Assembly (NCBI GenBank): GCA_963674945.2
Contig: CAXXWQ010000003.1
Coordinates: 896,001-960,000 of the forward strand
Direction of reading: 5' to 3'
Length of the DNA stretch: 64,000 bases
Source: an uncultured Desulfosarcina sp.
GTDB taxonomy: Bacteria > Desulfobacterota > Desulfobacteria > Desulfobacterales > Desulfosarcinaceae
The notes beneath the pieces are model-generated. The model was given only the letters and a program-made list of their open reading frames with translations. It was not told the DNA's origin and made no database searches. This document shows, one piece after another, positions 43,232 through 53,606 of the stretch. The first letter of the stretch is position 1. Every line of letters starts with the position of its first letter. A program made the position numbers and the translations under genes.

Positions 43232-44368
43232 ATGGAATACCGCATCGCATGTAAAGTTTGTGGCCATCTATCCCACAATTTAAGGCCGCATTTTATTGGT
43301 GAGCGCGAACCAAGTTGCACCGTCACTTTGGCCGAGTATCAGAAGCGATATCCCGATGCCTCCATCACCAGCCCGATGTTTGACAAAAAAATGGCCGAGG
43401 TAGCCGCACAGAAGAAAGCAGAAACCTTGGCGGAAGTAGATATCCATCAATTGACTCCGATGGAGTTTCCGCTGAAAAGCACCTTCGGGATCGACATGGG
43501 CATGATGGAAACGATTTTGGGATTCAAGGAACGTCATCCCCTCGTCCCCGAAATTGATCCCGAGTACAAATTCCCGGATGAAGCAACCAAGATCGTTTTG
43601 CTTGGTCTTCACCTGAACAAACCCACTATGGTTCATGGGCCGACGGGTTCAGGAAAGACCACGATGCTTGAACAGATCGCAGCACGGATCAACTATCCGG
43701 TGCTGAGAATCAATCATCACACCGACATGTATTCCTACGATATCGTCGGTCAGAAAGAGATTCGCGAAGGTGAAACCGTTTTCGAATACGGTCCACTTCC
43801 ATTTTCAATGGAACGTCCGATCCTTCTGATCATGGATGAATGGGATGCCATCAACCCTGAAATCGGTATGATGTACCAACCCGTTCTCGAATGCCGGCAT
43901 GACAACCGGCTGGGGAATATCGTCTTAACCGCCGCCGGCGGAAAGAAAGTAACCTCCCACCCGATGTTTCGAATCGTCGCCACATCGAACACTTGCGGGT
44001 TGGGTGATGACAAAGGTCATTACCAAGGGACGCAGATCCAGAATTTGGCCTTCGTATCCCGTTTTCAGTTGAGGGTGAAGCTCGATTACCTGACGGAAGC
44101 GCACGAAAAATCCATCCTCCGGAAAAAATTCCCCGCCCTTTCCGACGATGAGCTGAAAATGCTCACCGAAACCGCCGTGAAAATTCGGGAACAGTATGAA
44201 AGTGGACGGATCGATCTTCCTTATTCCTTACGCGATCTGATCAACTGGGCGGAACTGTACGTTCTTTTGGGAGACGCGAAAAAGGCCATGAACTATTCGT
44301 GTACATCCATTTTGCCATTTCAAGACGCCAAGACCGTAATGGAACTCATCCAACGGATCTGGGGGTAG
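43232..44368 (+). CDS. CobS/CbbQ-like AAA+ ATPase with N-terminal Zn finger
   Basis: CKVC...H, GPTGSGKT, LIMDEWD, FRIVATSNT.G.GD. Confidence 0.88.
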   Translation: MEYRIACKVCGHLSHNLRPHFIGEREPSCTVTLAEYQKRYPDASITSPMFDKKMAEVAAQKKAETLAEVDIHQLTPMEFPLKSTFGIDMGMMETILGFKERHPLVPEIDPEYKFPDEATKIVLLGLHLNKPTMVHGPTGSGKTTMLEQIAARINYPVLRINHHTDMYSYDIVGQKEIREGETVFEYGPLPFSMERPILLIMDEWDAINPEIGMMYQPVLECRHDNRLGNIVLTAAGGKKVTSHPMFRIVATSNTCGLGDDKGHYQGTQIQNLAFVSRFQLRVKLDYLTEAHEKSILRKKFPALSDDELKMLTETAVKIREQYESGRIDLPYSLRDLINWAELYVLLGDAKKAMNYSCTSILPFQDAKTVMELIQRIWG

Positions 44369-44399
44369 CATCTGATGCCATCGGGGAACCCCTTCCTCG

Positions 44400-46403
44400 A
44401 TGGCAATAACAAAGGAGATTATCGAGATGATAGCACGTTCTGTTGTAGAAAATATCGCCGCCGCATTGACGAAAAATCATAATCTCAAAGTGTTTTTTCG
44501 TGGCAGCGACTGTTTTGCAACAAAGACAATGATCGTTCTCCCCTCTCTGCCTAAAACCTTACCCGGCAAACTTGTCGAGATGATCCGTGGGTACCTCGAC
44601 CATGAAGTCGGCCACATCGTTTTCACCGATTTCAATATTGTCGAGAAAGCTGCCAGGGAAGGGAGCAAAGACAAGAACGCATTAAAATTTGTCCTCAACT
44701 GCGTCGAGGATATTTATGTTGAACGAAAAATGGCTCTTGTATATCGAGGATGCGGCGTCAACTTCGACAAATCCAGGGATTATACAACCGAAAAGCTGAA
44801 AAAAAGATGGGAAGACCTCCGCGAGAAAGGCACCGACCTGGATGAAGGAGAAGATCCAGTCCTTCGTACACTGATATTTTTCATTTATATTTGCCAAGTC
44901 GGCTGGACCGATCCTTTTGTAGAAGAATACGCTTCCGATATCATGCCATTGCTCGAACATTTGGAACCGGAAATCGAAGCTGCAAAGCTCATTGAATCCA
45001 CCAAAGAATCATACGATCTGGCCAAGAAAATCCTCAAAAAGATTGAAACTTTTTCAATACCTGAACCGATACTGCCCTCTTTTGACGCAAAAGGTTCATC
45101 TGCCGGAGATGGATCATCTGCCGGTGGTTCTGACAGTTCAAGTCATGTCGATGGTGATGCCTATGTACCCGATTCTGAACCAGACGATACGGATTCTTTG
45201 CTTCCCCCCGTACCCGCCAAAGATGGCGATAAAAAATCCGAAGACAAAAAGCCCGACGATGAAAAATCCGACGATGAGGATGACGATGAAGATGAAGATG
45301 AACCTTTAGTTGGAAAACCTGATCCTATCAAAATTGAAAGCGATAAAGATGAGGACAGTGACGGCGACAAAGATGAGGACGATGACGAAGATGAGGATGC
45401 GCCCGGCGATAGTGATGATTCTGATGAAAAAGAAAAGGAAGATCTGGAAAAATTAAGAGAACGCCTTCGAGAATCCCTCGCCTCCGATAAAGAACGGTTC
45501 ATCCCTTCAATGAAGGATGATATTTCAGAGGAATCCAAAAAAGTTAAAGGATATCGCCCTTATTCAACTGAAAAGGACGTATTCAAACCACACCCACTTG
45601 GGAAATTAGAAGTTTATAATGCCATATCGGAAGAACTTAACGGAATCGTCACCACCCTGCGTGGTCGGTTGTCTCGTATTTTACTTTCTCAGAAACGCAG
45701 CCGCTGGGATGGCAACAAGCGCAAAGGTATCCTCAATCCCAGCCAATTACACCAAGTCGTTGCGAAAACATCTGAATCCGTTTACCGGGTCAGAAAAGAT
45801 GGAATCAAACTGTCAACAGCCGTATCCATCCTCATCGATCTTTCTGGTTCAATGGGTAGCAAGATCAGAATAACCCGCGAAACTGCCATTCTACTATCGG
45901 AAACTCTTAACAGAATTTACATTCCATTTGAAATGCTTGGTTTTAGTGGGGATCATGCTTCCATTAAATCCAAAGACATCGATAGAAAGCTATTTTCACG
46001 TTGGGGCAGCTTAGACATGTATTATTTCAAATCGTTTGAAGAAAATTATGGACGTGAACAGAAAGAACGAATTGCAGGCCTGCATGCCCATCGGGAAAAT
46101 TACGATGGAGAAAGCGTATTGTTCGCTGCAAATCGCCTTTTGGCTCGACCTGAACGGAAAAAGATTCTCTTCGTCCTTTCTGATGGTGCTCCATGTGCTG
46201 CCCTTTGCGCCGGAAGTGAAAAATTAGCCCAACATCTTAAAAGCGTCGTCAAAGAACTGGAAAAAAAACCTGGATTGACCTTGTTCGGTTTCGGAATGCT
46301 TACCGACGCTCCGAAACGGTTTTATACAAACCACATCCTTGTGAACAATTTATCCAAATTTCCGGAAGTTCTTATGGCCAATCTTTACAAACAATTGGCT
46401 TAA
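44400..46403 (+). CDS. CobT-like protein: HExxH domain, acidic linker, C-terminal vWA
   Basis: DHEVGH...ED, Asp/Glu-rich tract, MIDAS DLSGSM, VLSDGAP; true start may be 44427. Confidence 0.85.
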   Translation: MAITKEIIEMIARSVVENIAAALTKNHNLKVFFRGSDCFATKTMIVLPSLPKTLPGKLVEMIRGYLDHEVGHIVFTDFNIVEKAAREGSKDKNALKFVLNCVEDIYVERKMALVYRGCGVNFDKSRDYTTEKLKKRWEDLREKGTDLDEGEDPVLRTLIFFIYICQVGWTDPFVEEYASDIMPLLEHLEPEIEAAKLIESTKESYDLAKKILKKIETFSIPEPILPSFDAKGSSAGDGSSAGGSDSSSHVDGDAYVPDSEPDDTDSLLPPVPAKDGDKKSEDKKPDDEKSDDEDDDEDEDEPLVGKPDPIKIESDKDEDSDGDKDEDDDEDEDAPGDSDDSDEKEKEDLEKLRERLRESLASDKERFIPSMKDDISEESKKVKGYRPYSTEKDVFKPHPLGKLEVYNAISEELNGIVTTLRGRLSRILLSQKRSRWDGNKRKGILNPSQLHQVVAKTSESVYRVRKDGIKLSTAVSILIDLSGSMGSKIRITRETAILLSETLNRIYIPFEMLGFSGDHASIKSKDIDRKLFSRWGSLDMYYFKSFEENYGREQKERIAGLHAHRENYDGESVLFAANRLLARPERKKILFVLSDGAPCAALCAGSEKLAQHLKSVVKELEKKPGLTLFGFGMLTDAPKRFYTNHILVNNLSKFPEVLMANLYKQLA

Positions 46404-46424
46404 TTATTGGCCAACAAATTTTTT

Positions 46425-46442
46425 CAGAAAATTGAGCTTTAT
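46425..46442 (+). promoter_or_regulatory. promoter-like motif
   Basis: CAGAAAATTGAGCTTTAT, ~53 bp before the next ATG. Confidence 0.6.
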
Positions 46443-46494
46443 ATAACAGCAAAAGTTACCCCAATTCATTCAATCCCTAAAAGGAGAAAACATC

Positions 46495-47286
46495 ATGACA
46501 ACAGCAAAAGAAACCGCAGCCACCGCCCCTTGTTTTGGAAAACTCTATGACGAAGCCGCCGATGAATGCAAAAAGTGCAAGATCAACGGCGATTGCAAAA
46601 AGGCTTTCACCCCGGAACCCGAGATGAAAGTAGCCGTTGAAACGGCAGCTCCGGCTCCCGATACCTCCGCACCGGTTGAAACGGCAGCTCCGGTTGTGGA
46701 AGCCACCGTCGTCGAGACGGCACCAGCCGAACTCGAAACCAAGGTTTCAGATGACTTGGAAAAGGAAGCCGCGGAAAAAGAAGCTGAAGCAGCCGTCCTG
46801 GTCGAAGCCGAAACGATTGACACAGGAGCTACCGCACCTTCAACGATCGAAGCAACCGCTCCGATTGATCCCAAGACAGACCTGACGGTTAAAGCCGATC
46901 CGAAAGCCGAAAAACCGGGCAAGAAGGCAACCAAGAAAGCGGCTAAGACCGAGAAAGCTGCCGCCCCGGCTCCCGCTACGGATACCACCGCCCCGGCTAC
47001 AGCACGGGAGCGCACCGCCCTCCGAACCGCAGGCTTTAAAAAGGCCGATGATGGAAAATTCATCCTCACCGGCGACCTGAAGAAAGCCGACCTGATCGTC
47101 AACAAGGGCGATATCGTCAAGATCGTCAACCCCAGGAGCAAGTACAACGGACAGAACTTCGTTATCTCTTGCTACTCGGAAAAGTATGAATGCCTCCGCG
47201 GCACCCAGTCCACAACCAAGCAAAATGCCGATTTCCTCCCGAATCAGATCGAGATAGTCGAACGGGCTGCCAGCGCAACGGCATAA
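46495..47286 (+). CDS. Ala/Thr/Pro-rich protein with N-terminal four-Cys motif
   Basis: CFG-x9-CxxC-x5-C, low-complexity linker, AAGGAG RBS. Confidence 0.75.
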   Translation: MTTAKETAATAPCFGKLYDEAADECKKCKINGDCKKAFTPEPEMKVAVETAAPAPDTSAPVETAAPVVEATVVETAPAELETKVSDDLEKEAAEKEAEAAVLVEAETIDTGATAPSTIEATAPIDPKTDLTVKADPKAEKPGKKATKKAAKTEKAAAPAPATDTTAPATARERTALRTAGFKKADDGKFILTGDLKKADLIVNKGDIVKIVNPRSKYNGQNFVISCYSEKYECLRGTQSTTKQNADFLPNQIEIVERAASATA

Positions 47287-47301
47287 GAGCACTTATCCCA
47301 T

Positions 47302-47337
47302 GATGCAGGGTCTTCACCGGCCCTGCATCGCTTTTTT
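47302..47337 (+). terminator. intrinsic terminator
   Basis: GATGCAGGG...CCCTGCATC stem followed by T6. Confidence 0.7.
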
Positions 47338-47381
47338 GCGTTCTGATTGACATTTTTTTCGTCCTTATAAAAGGAGACAGC

Positions 47382-50300
47382 ATGTTCACTCACCTGCATT
47401 GCCATTGCAGCCACAGCCTGCTCGATGGGTTAGGAAATCCCAAAGCCTGGGTTGAAGCTGCGGTAAAGAAAAAATTCTACGCATTGGCGCTTACCGATCA
47501 CGGTTCATGCAGCGCCGCCCTGGAATTTTACGAGGAAGCCAAGGCAGCCGGTATCATCCCCATTATTGGCTGTGAATTCTACATCACCGACGATCCTGCT
47601 TACCGACCACCCAAAGGCGAACGCATGATCCGTTACCATCTTTTGGTGCTGGCCAAAAACTGGAATGGACTGCAATCGATTTTTCGGCAGCTCACATTGG
47701 CAAACGAACAGATGTATTACAAACCTCTTTTATCGATAGACCAGATTTTCGATTTTAAAGATTGCGTTATCACATCGGCCTGCCTCATGGGCCTGACCGC
47801 TCATCCAAATTACGCCAACATCGTCGCCAAAATGCAGACGGTTTATGGAGACGATTTTTATCTGGAAATCCATCCGCACTGGATCGAAGGTCAGTTCGAA
47901 GCCAATAAACGGGTCGTTGCGCTTCACGAAATGCTCGGGATTAAGCCCGTAGCCGCCAATGACGCCCACTATCCCAACGAGGAGGATACGCTCACCCATG
48001 ACGTTCTGCTGGCCGTCCAGACAAACGCCAAAATCAACCAGGAAGACCGGTTCAGTTTCATCGACGGCGGCATGGCAGGCTTGTATCTGAAGACCGATCA
48101 GGAGATGATCTATTCCTTCAAACCCTGGATTGAATCTGGATATTTCAATGTCGAGTTCCTGCACAAATCCTTTGTTTCAACACAAGAGATCGTCGACAAA
48201 TGCTCGGGATTAGAAATCCCGAAACTTGATTTTGCATTGCCACCTCTCAAACGTCACAAAGTCATGGATGAAGTCGCATTCCTGATGGGGCTTTGCAAAG
48301 AAGGCTGGAAAACCAAAATTGCCGACCGCGGCCTGGATGAAACGGTTTATCTGAAACGCCTCAAGCATGAACTCAGCGTCGTATCAAAGATTGGTGCCAT
48401 CCGATATTTCCTGCTTGGTTGGGATGTCATCGATTATGCCAAGTCGAAATCCATCCTCTGTGGTTTTGGAAGGGGGAGCGTCGGCGGTTCCCTGATTGCC
48501 TATCTGCTCGGGATCACCGCTCTGGACCCGATCGTACATGAATTGTATTTTGAACGATTCCTCCGCGAAGATCGTATCGATATGCCTGATATCGATTTCG
48601 ACTTCTCCGGAGTCGACCGGGACAAGGTTATCAACTACGTCAAGAAGACCTACGGCTCCGGCAATGTCTGCCAGATCAGCACATCATCCTACATGCACGG
48701 AAAATCGGCATTCAGGGACGTTGCACGGGTGTTTTCCATCCCCATTGCCCAAGTCAATGAGATCAGCAAGAAGATCGACAAGGATCTAACTCTGGAGGAG
48801 AACTTTGCCAGCGGCGAGTTGGCCGGGTTTGCCGCAACCCATCCGATTCTCATCAAACATGCAACGCGCCTTGACGGTCAGCTCCGTTCCAAAGGCGTTC
48901 ATGCCGGCGGGATCATTCTGTCGCAAGACGGATTCGATGACCGAGGCGTCCTGGAGAATCGCAAATCCGCCCTCACCATCAACTGGCACATGGGCGAAGT
49001 CGAACATTTCGGCTTGCTCAAGTTTGATTTCCTGGGTTTGAGCAACCTTTCCGTATTGGGCGACACAGCCGCACTGGTCAAAAAACGGACAGGCGTCACG
49101 ATCGATTACTTCTCCATCGTACCCGATGATCCCGACGTTCTGAAGCAATTCTCGGACGGACATACCGCAGGTTTTTTCCAGTTTGAATCATCCGGTTTCA
49201 CCGGGCTATGCCAGAAGCTCGCTCCGATTGAATCCTTTAAGACGCTGGTACACATCAATGCCTTATTTCGCCCTGGACCCTTGGACTCGGGCATGGTGGA
49301 CAGCTACGTCGACCGCTATCACAAATTGGAGGCTGTTTCTTACCTGCACGAAGCTGAAACCAAGATCACCGCAGACACTTTAGGACTACCAATCTTTCAA
49401 GAGGACATTATGCGCCAATTCGTCGATCTGGCCGGGTTCACCTGGCCCGAAGCCGACAATATGCGGAAAATCATCAGCAAATCAAAAGGCGCAGGCCCCC
49501 TGGAGGAAAAGCGCAACACCTTCGTCGAAGGTTGCGTGAAGACAGTCGGCATGGCCGAATCCATTGCCAATGTCATCTATGACAACATTGTTAAGTTTGG
49601 GAGGTATGGTTTCGGAAAAGCCCACGCCGCTTGCTATTCGTATATTGGATATCTCACCGCCTGGGCGAAGCATTATTACCCGGTGGAGTTCATGGCATCC
49701 CTACTTGCTTCTGTCGTCGACGAAGCAGAAACCACCGAAAAATACATCAAGGAAGCCCACCGGCTCGGAATCAAAATCGAAGGACCGAACATCAACCTAT
49801 CCGATGAAAACTGGATGGCGGTTGGTGATCGAATTGTAGCCGGGTTCGCCTCCGTAAAAGGCGTCGGTAAGATCGCAGCCAAAAAGATCGTTACCGGGCG
49901 AGCCATTGGATCTTTTACCTCATTTGAAGATTTCATGGAGAAAACAGAAAGGAGGCAAGTAAATAAGCGAGTAGTTGAATCCATCGCATATGCTGGAGGT
50001 TTTGATCCCATCATGCCTAACACACGATGGATCGTCGAATCTTACCCGATTATAGTCGCCGGGAAAGAATCCCCTCCAGCACCGGAATTGGTTACCGACT
50101 TCGAAGATACGGAGAAATACAGCCAGAAAGCCCAGTATGCCCCGGGCGTTTTCTCCAGTTCGACGATTGAGATCACCGCAGACATGGAGATCCATGACGA
50201 CATCATCGGACTGGTTTCCGAAGAATATTCAAAATGCAAATCATGTCCACTTGGAACAAGCGATAACGCCCCGGTATCCTGGAAATGGTCGTCGAGAAGC

Positions 50301-50759
50301 AAGGTTCTCATCCTCGGCCAATTCCCAAACCAGACGGAAGAACTTAAAAACACCCCGTTTTATGGAAAAACCTATAACAAGATGTGGGATATCCTGAAGG
50401 AAGAAGCCGGAATAACTCCGGGAAAAACCTTCATGGCTTATTCATTCGGCTGTCACCCAACATCCAGCCGGCTTTCCAGCGAGATCACCGATAGCTGCAT
50501 TTGCCCGAATTTATGGTTGCCGAAACTCTTTACCGCCTGCACGCCCAATGTTGTTTTGGCTCTTGGCAATGCCGGCGTAGGCGCTTTCACCGGAAAAACA
50601 TCAGGCATTATGAAACTTAACGCAACATCGATGTGGCACGCCAAATACCGGGCCATGGTTGTTTTCTGCATCACCCCGGGAATGATGGCGTATGACGAAT
50701 CAGGCGAAAAAGAGGAAATGTTCAGAGACGCAATTCGGAAATTGAAGGAATATCTGTAA
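47382..50759 (+). CDS. dnaE: DNA polymerase III alpha subunit with C-terminal UDG family 4-like domain
   Basis: PHP (HLHCH, TDHG, NDAHY), GRGSVGGS, PDIDFDF, HAGG, KFDFLGL, YGF.KAH; C-terminal CKSCPL...LGQFP...PFYG...LGN. Confidence 0.95.
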   Translation: MFTHLHCHCSHSLLDGLGNPKAWVEAAVKKKFYALALTDHGSCSAALEFYEEAKAAGIIPIIGCEFYITDDPAYRPPKGERMIRYHLLVLAKNWNGLQSIFRQLTLANEQMYYKPLLSIDQIFDFKDCVITSACLMGLTAHPNYANIVAKMQTVYGDDFYLEIHPHWIEGQFEANKRVVALHEMLGIKPVAANDAHYPNEEDTLTHDVLLAVQTNAKINQEDRFSFIDGGMAGLYLKTDQEMIYSFKPWIESGYFNVEFLHKSFVSTQEIVDKCSGLEIPKLDFALPPLKRHKVMDEVAFLMGLCKEGWKTKIADRGLDETVYLKRLKHELSVVSKIGAIRYFLLGWDVIDYAKSKSILCGFGRGSVGGSLIAYLLGITALDPIVHELYFERFLREDRIDMPDIDFDFSGVDRDKVINYVKKTYGSGNVCQISTSSYMHGKSAFRDVARVFSIPIAQVNEISKKIDKDLTLEENFASGELAGFAATHPILIKHATRLDGQLRSKGVHAGGIILSQDGFDDRGVLENRKSALTINWHMGEVEHFGLLKFDFLGLSNLSVLGDTAALVKKRTGVTIDYFSIVPDDPDVLKQFSDGHTAGFFQFESSGFTGLCQKLAPIESFKTLVHINALFRPGPLDSGMVDSYVDRYHKLEAVSYLHEAETKITADTLGLPIFQEDIMRQFVDLAGFTWPEADNMRKIISKSKGAGPLEEKRNTFVEGCVKTVGMAESIANVIYDNIVKFGRYGFGKAHAACYSYIGYLTAWAKHYYPVEFMASLLASVVDEAETTEKYIKEAHRLGIKIEGPNINLSDENWMAVGDRIVAGFASVKGVGKIAAKKIVTGRAIGSFTSFEDFMEKTERRQVNKRVVESIAYAGGFDPIMPNTRWIVESYPIIVAGKESPPAPELVTDFEDTEKYSQKAQYAPGVFSSSTIEITADMEIHDDIIGLVSEEYSKCKSCPLGTSDNAPVSWKWSSRSKVLILGQFPNQTEELKNTPFYGKTYNKMWDILKEEAGITPGKTFMAYSFGCHPTSSRLSSEITDSCICPNLWLPKLFTACTPNVVLALGNAGVGAFTGKTSGIMKLNATSMWHAKYRAMVVFCITPGMMAYDESGEKEEMFRDAIRKLKEYL

Positions 50760-50787
50760 TTCAACCACAAAAAGGAGAAGCAAATTT

Positions 50788-51498
50788 ATGGCGACTTTAC
50801 GCGAACTCAGAAAACAAGCCAAAGACCTTGAAATTTCGTATGAAAAAGACACAACCGCCGAAGTTCTTCAGGAACTCATCGCCGAGAAAATGTGTCTTCT
50901 GGAACTGGAAAAGGAGATAGCAATTCCACCGGCAGAGGTTTTCACACCTGAAGAACCGGCTTTGGTTATTCCGCCGAGCCGCAGCCCGATCACCGAGCCG
51001 GAACCATCCACACCGGCCCCGGTAGAGACAGCGAGTAGGGGTGAATCCACTTTCGCCAGTGATATCGAAATCAACGAGGACGACCTGAACAACGAATTCA
51101 AAACCCAGGCGTCAAAATTCGACTTCTATGCCAGAGCCGAAGCCATGGCGAAAGCCAAGGCGATGTCAGCCAAAGCTCGCTTGGAGGTGGTCGATGCTGA
51201 AATGACAAAAAAGATCCGAGAAAGACTCGCTTTGGAAGGAACCAAACCCACCGAAAAAATGATCCAGTCAGAGGTCATTTTATCGGATGAATATCAAGCC
51301 GCCCAAAGGGCATTGATCGATGCCAATCAGGTGGCCGATATCGCTAGGGGCGCCAAAGACGCCTTCGTTCAACGCCGCGACATGCTGATTCAAATCGGCG
51401 TATCCAAACGCCAGATCGCCGATCAAATCGGAATGAACATCAAGGAACGAGTAAAAGAAGTTCTGGGGACGAAAAGCGCTAGGGAAATTGCCGCATAG
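50788..51498 (+). CDS. UvsY-like recombination mediator
   Basis: KPTEKMI...DEY...AFVQRRDML pattern; adjacent to the SSB and recombinase genes. Confidence 0.55.
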   Translation: MATLRELRKQAKDLEISYEKDTTAEVLQELIAEKMCLLELEKEIAIPPAEVFTPEEPALVIPPSRSPITEPEPSTPAPVETASRGESTFASDIEINEDDLNNEFKTQASKFDFYARAEAMAKAKAMSAKARLEVVDAEMTKKIRERLALEGTKPTEKMIQSEVILSDEYQAAQRALIDANQVADIARGAKDAFVQRRDMLIQIGVSKRQIADQIGMNIKERVKEVLGTKSAREIAA

Positions 51499-51572
51499 CA
51501 TATCCAGGCCCTTTTTTTACCTTAAATTCATTGTAACTAATTACAATTATTCAAACCATGAGGAGAAACAAA

Positions 51573-52631
51573 ATGGCTCTAAACCTCGAAAAAATCCGTC
51601 AGAACGCCGCCAAAGCGAAAGAAGAATCAGCACGCCGTAGTGCCAATTTCTTCCAATTCAAAGAAGGTCGAAACAACATCCGCATCCTGCCGCCATGGGA
51701 AGGCGCGGATGATTTTTCCCGGATTTTCGGCAAGCATTGGAACCTGGGACCGGAAGGCAAGACCATGCTGTATTGCCCGAAGGTCTGTTTCGACAAGCCC
51801 TGCCCCATCTGCGATGGCATTGACGCTATGTGGAAAAAGAAACCGGATGACGCCATGAAAGAATGGCTCAAAAATGTTTCATCCGGCCCTCGATTTTATG
51901 CAAACATCATCGACCTGAAAGACATCGATCAAGGCGTCCAGGTGGCTGAATTCCCCAAGACGGTTTTGGAGGAAATCTGGAACATCATGATCGACCCCGA
52001 AGTTGGACACGGAGATATTACCTCTTTGACGGCTGGAAGAGATCTCATCATCGACAAGACCGGAAAAGGGTTGTCGACCCGATATTCTGTTCGGGCAAGG
52101 CTTGAAGCCACTCCGGTTCCTATTCCGATTTCAGCATCGGATCTGCCGAACCTGGATATGCTGGTTCGCAACGAGACATATGAGAATCTGAAACTGGCAT
52201 GGGAAGGCAAGGAACCCATCCCATCAGGGCCGGCGCTTCCCCCTCCGGTATCCGCCGAAGACGTTGATATGGTGAAAGTGGGAACCGCCTATGTTCCGCC
52301 TGCCGCAGTTTTGGCCGAAGCAACCCCGGCAGCCGCTCCGGTGATTCCGGCACCCGTTGCTACGACAGCTCCGATATCAGCCCCGGTCAGTCCAATTCCG
52401 AAAACCGAAGCAGTTCCGGCTTGCTTTGGTAATTTCAACGAAAGCAACCCCATTTGTCTGGATTGCAAAGAACAAGACGACTGCGAAATGAAAATGATTG
52501 AAATCAAAAGAGCTGCAAGAAAAGCAACCGCCACTACCGCTCCGGTCGCAACATCCACCACACCGCCGGCTGCCGCAACCATCTCCCCCGATGCTCTTAT
52601 GGCGGAGATGGAGAAAGCCATTAACCGTTAA
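51573..52631 (+). CDS. gp32-like single-stranded DNA-binding protein
   Basis: IRILPP, CP.......CPICD, GRDLII.KTG.G..TRY.V; C-terminal four-Cys motif; GTAACTAATTAC site at 51533-51544 upstream. Confidence 0.75.
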   Translation: MALNLEKIRQNAAKAKEESARRSANFFQFKEGRNNIRILPPWEGADDFSRIFGKHWNLGPEGKTMLYCPKVCFDKPCPICDGIDAMWKKKPDDAMKEWLKNVSSGPRFYANIIDLKDIDQGVQVAEFPKTVLEEIWNIMIDPEVGHGDITSLTAGRDLIIDKTGKGLSTRYSVRARLEATPVPIPISASDLPNLDMLVRNETYENLKLAWEGKEPIPSGPALPPPVSAEDVDMVKVGTAYVPPAAVLAEATPAAAPVIPAPVATTAPISAPVSPIPKTEAVPACFGNFNESNPICLDCKEQDDCEMKMIEIKRAARKATATTAPVATSTTPPAAATISPDALMAEMEKAINR

Positions 52632-52639
52632 CCTCCAGG

Positions 52640-52679
52640 TCTTCGTGGGGTGATTTTCCTTTCTTTCACCCCACGAAGA
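52640..52679. terminator. 14-bp stem hairpin after the SSB gene
   Basis: TCTTCGTGGGGTGA...TCACCCCACGAAGA; no U-tract, abuts the next RBS. Confidence 0.5.
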
Positions 52680-52690
52680 AAGGAGTTCGC

Positions 52691-53599
52691 ATGATTTTAC
52701 TCATAGATGGAAACAACCTGGCGTTTGTAGCAACATCGCTCACACCATTGTCTCGAAGCGATGGTTTTCCGACACAAGGCATAATGAATTTTTTCAAATC
52801 GCTTCGGTCATACATCACGAATTTTGAAGCAAAAAAAGTGTTCATTGCCTGGGACGGCGGCAAATCTAAAAAACGCATGGCCTTGCTCCCCACCTACAAG
52901 GAAAGCCGAAAGATCGAGAATAAAACACCCGAGCAAAAGATGAATTTGGAAGAGATGCTCGTTCAGCTTCCCATCATCAAACAAACCGCCGCCGACCTTG
53001 GGCTTTACCAAATAGAAGGTGGCGGAATCGAAGGCGATGATTTGATTGCCTTGATGGCCATGAAATCTCACCAGATGGACAAAGAAGCGATTATCTGTTC
53101 ATCCGACTCGGATTTTCATCAGCTCGTCAACCCGAAAATCAGCGTCTTCAGCATCATGAACAAAAAAGCAGGGCGTCATATCACCTATGACAATTTTGCA
53201 AAAGTCTACGATGGCCTGCTCCCGCTGCAATTCCTCGATTACAAGGCATTGCAAGGAGATAGCGGCGACGACATTCCAGGCGTCAAAGGCATCGGGCCGA
53301 AAAACGCTCATGATTTATTGATCAAATTCAACACTGCCGAAAATTTTCGAAAAATGGTCGAAACGGGAGAGCATAACCCCACAAAGACACAACAGAAAAT
53401 CATCGACAACTGGAAATCATTTGAGATCAGCAAGGCCATGATCAGTTTACAACATCCGCTTGCTGACTTCTCAACGGCCAAAATCGAACGACAGGAACCG
53501 AATTGGGCGGCCGTCCGCGAAATGGCCATTGAATATCAAATTGGTTCCATCGTCGCGGGTTTTGGAACTTGGATTAAACCCTTCAAGGAACTTTCGTAG
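52691..53599 (+). CDS. 5'-3' exonuclease (flap endonuclease / T4 RNase H-like)
   Basis: LIDGNN, AWDG, EGDDLI, SSDSDF, GDSGDDIPGVKGIG.K. Confidence 0.93.
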   Translation: MILLIDGNNLAFVATSLTPLSRSDGFPTQGIMNFFKSLRSYITNFEAKKVFIAWDGGKSKKRMALLPTYKESRKIENKTPEQKMNLEEMLVQLPIIKQTAADLGLYQIEGGGIEGDDLIALMAMKSHQMDKEAIICSSDSDFHQLVNPKISVFSIMNKKAGRHITYDNFAKVYDGLLPLQFLDYKALQGDSGDDIPGVKGIGPKNAHDLLIKFNTAENFRKMVETGEHNPTKTQQKIIDNWKSFEISKAMISLQHPLADFSTAKIERQEPNWAAVREMAIEYQIGSIVAGFGTWIKPFKELS

Positions 53600-53606
53600 G
53601 AGAACT

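Noticed and set aside
43232..46403. Cobaltochelatase CobST supplying B12 for NrdJ
   Set aside because: No cobN or other cob genes in the window; such AAA+/vWA pairs are common in phages
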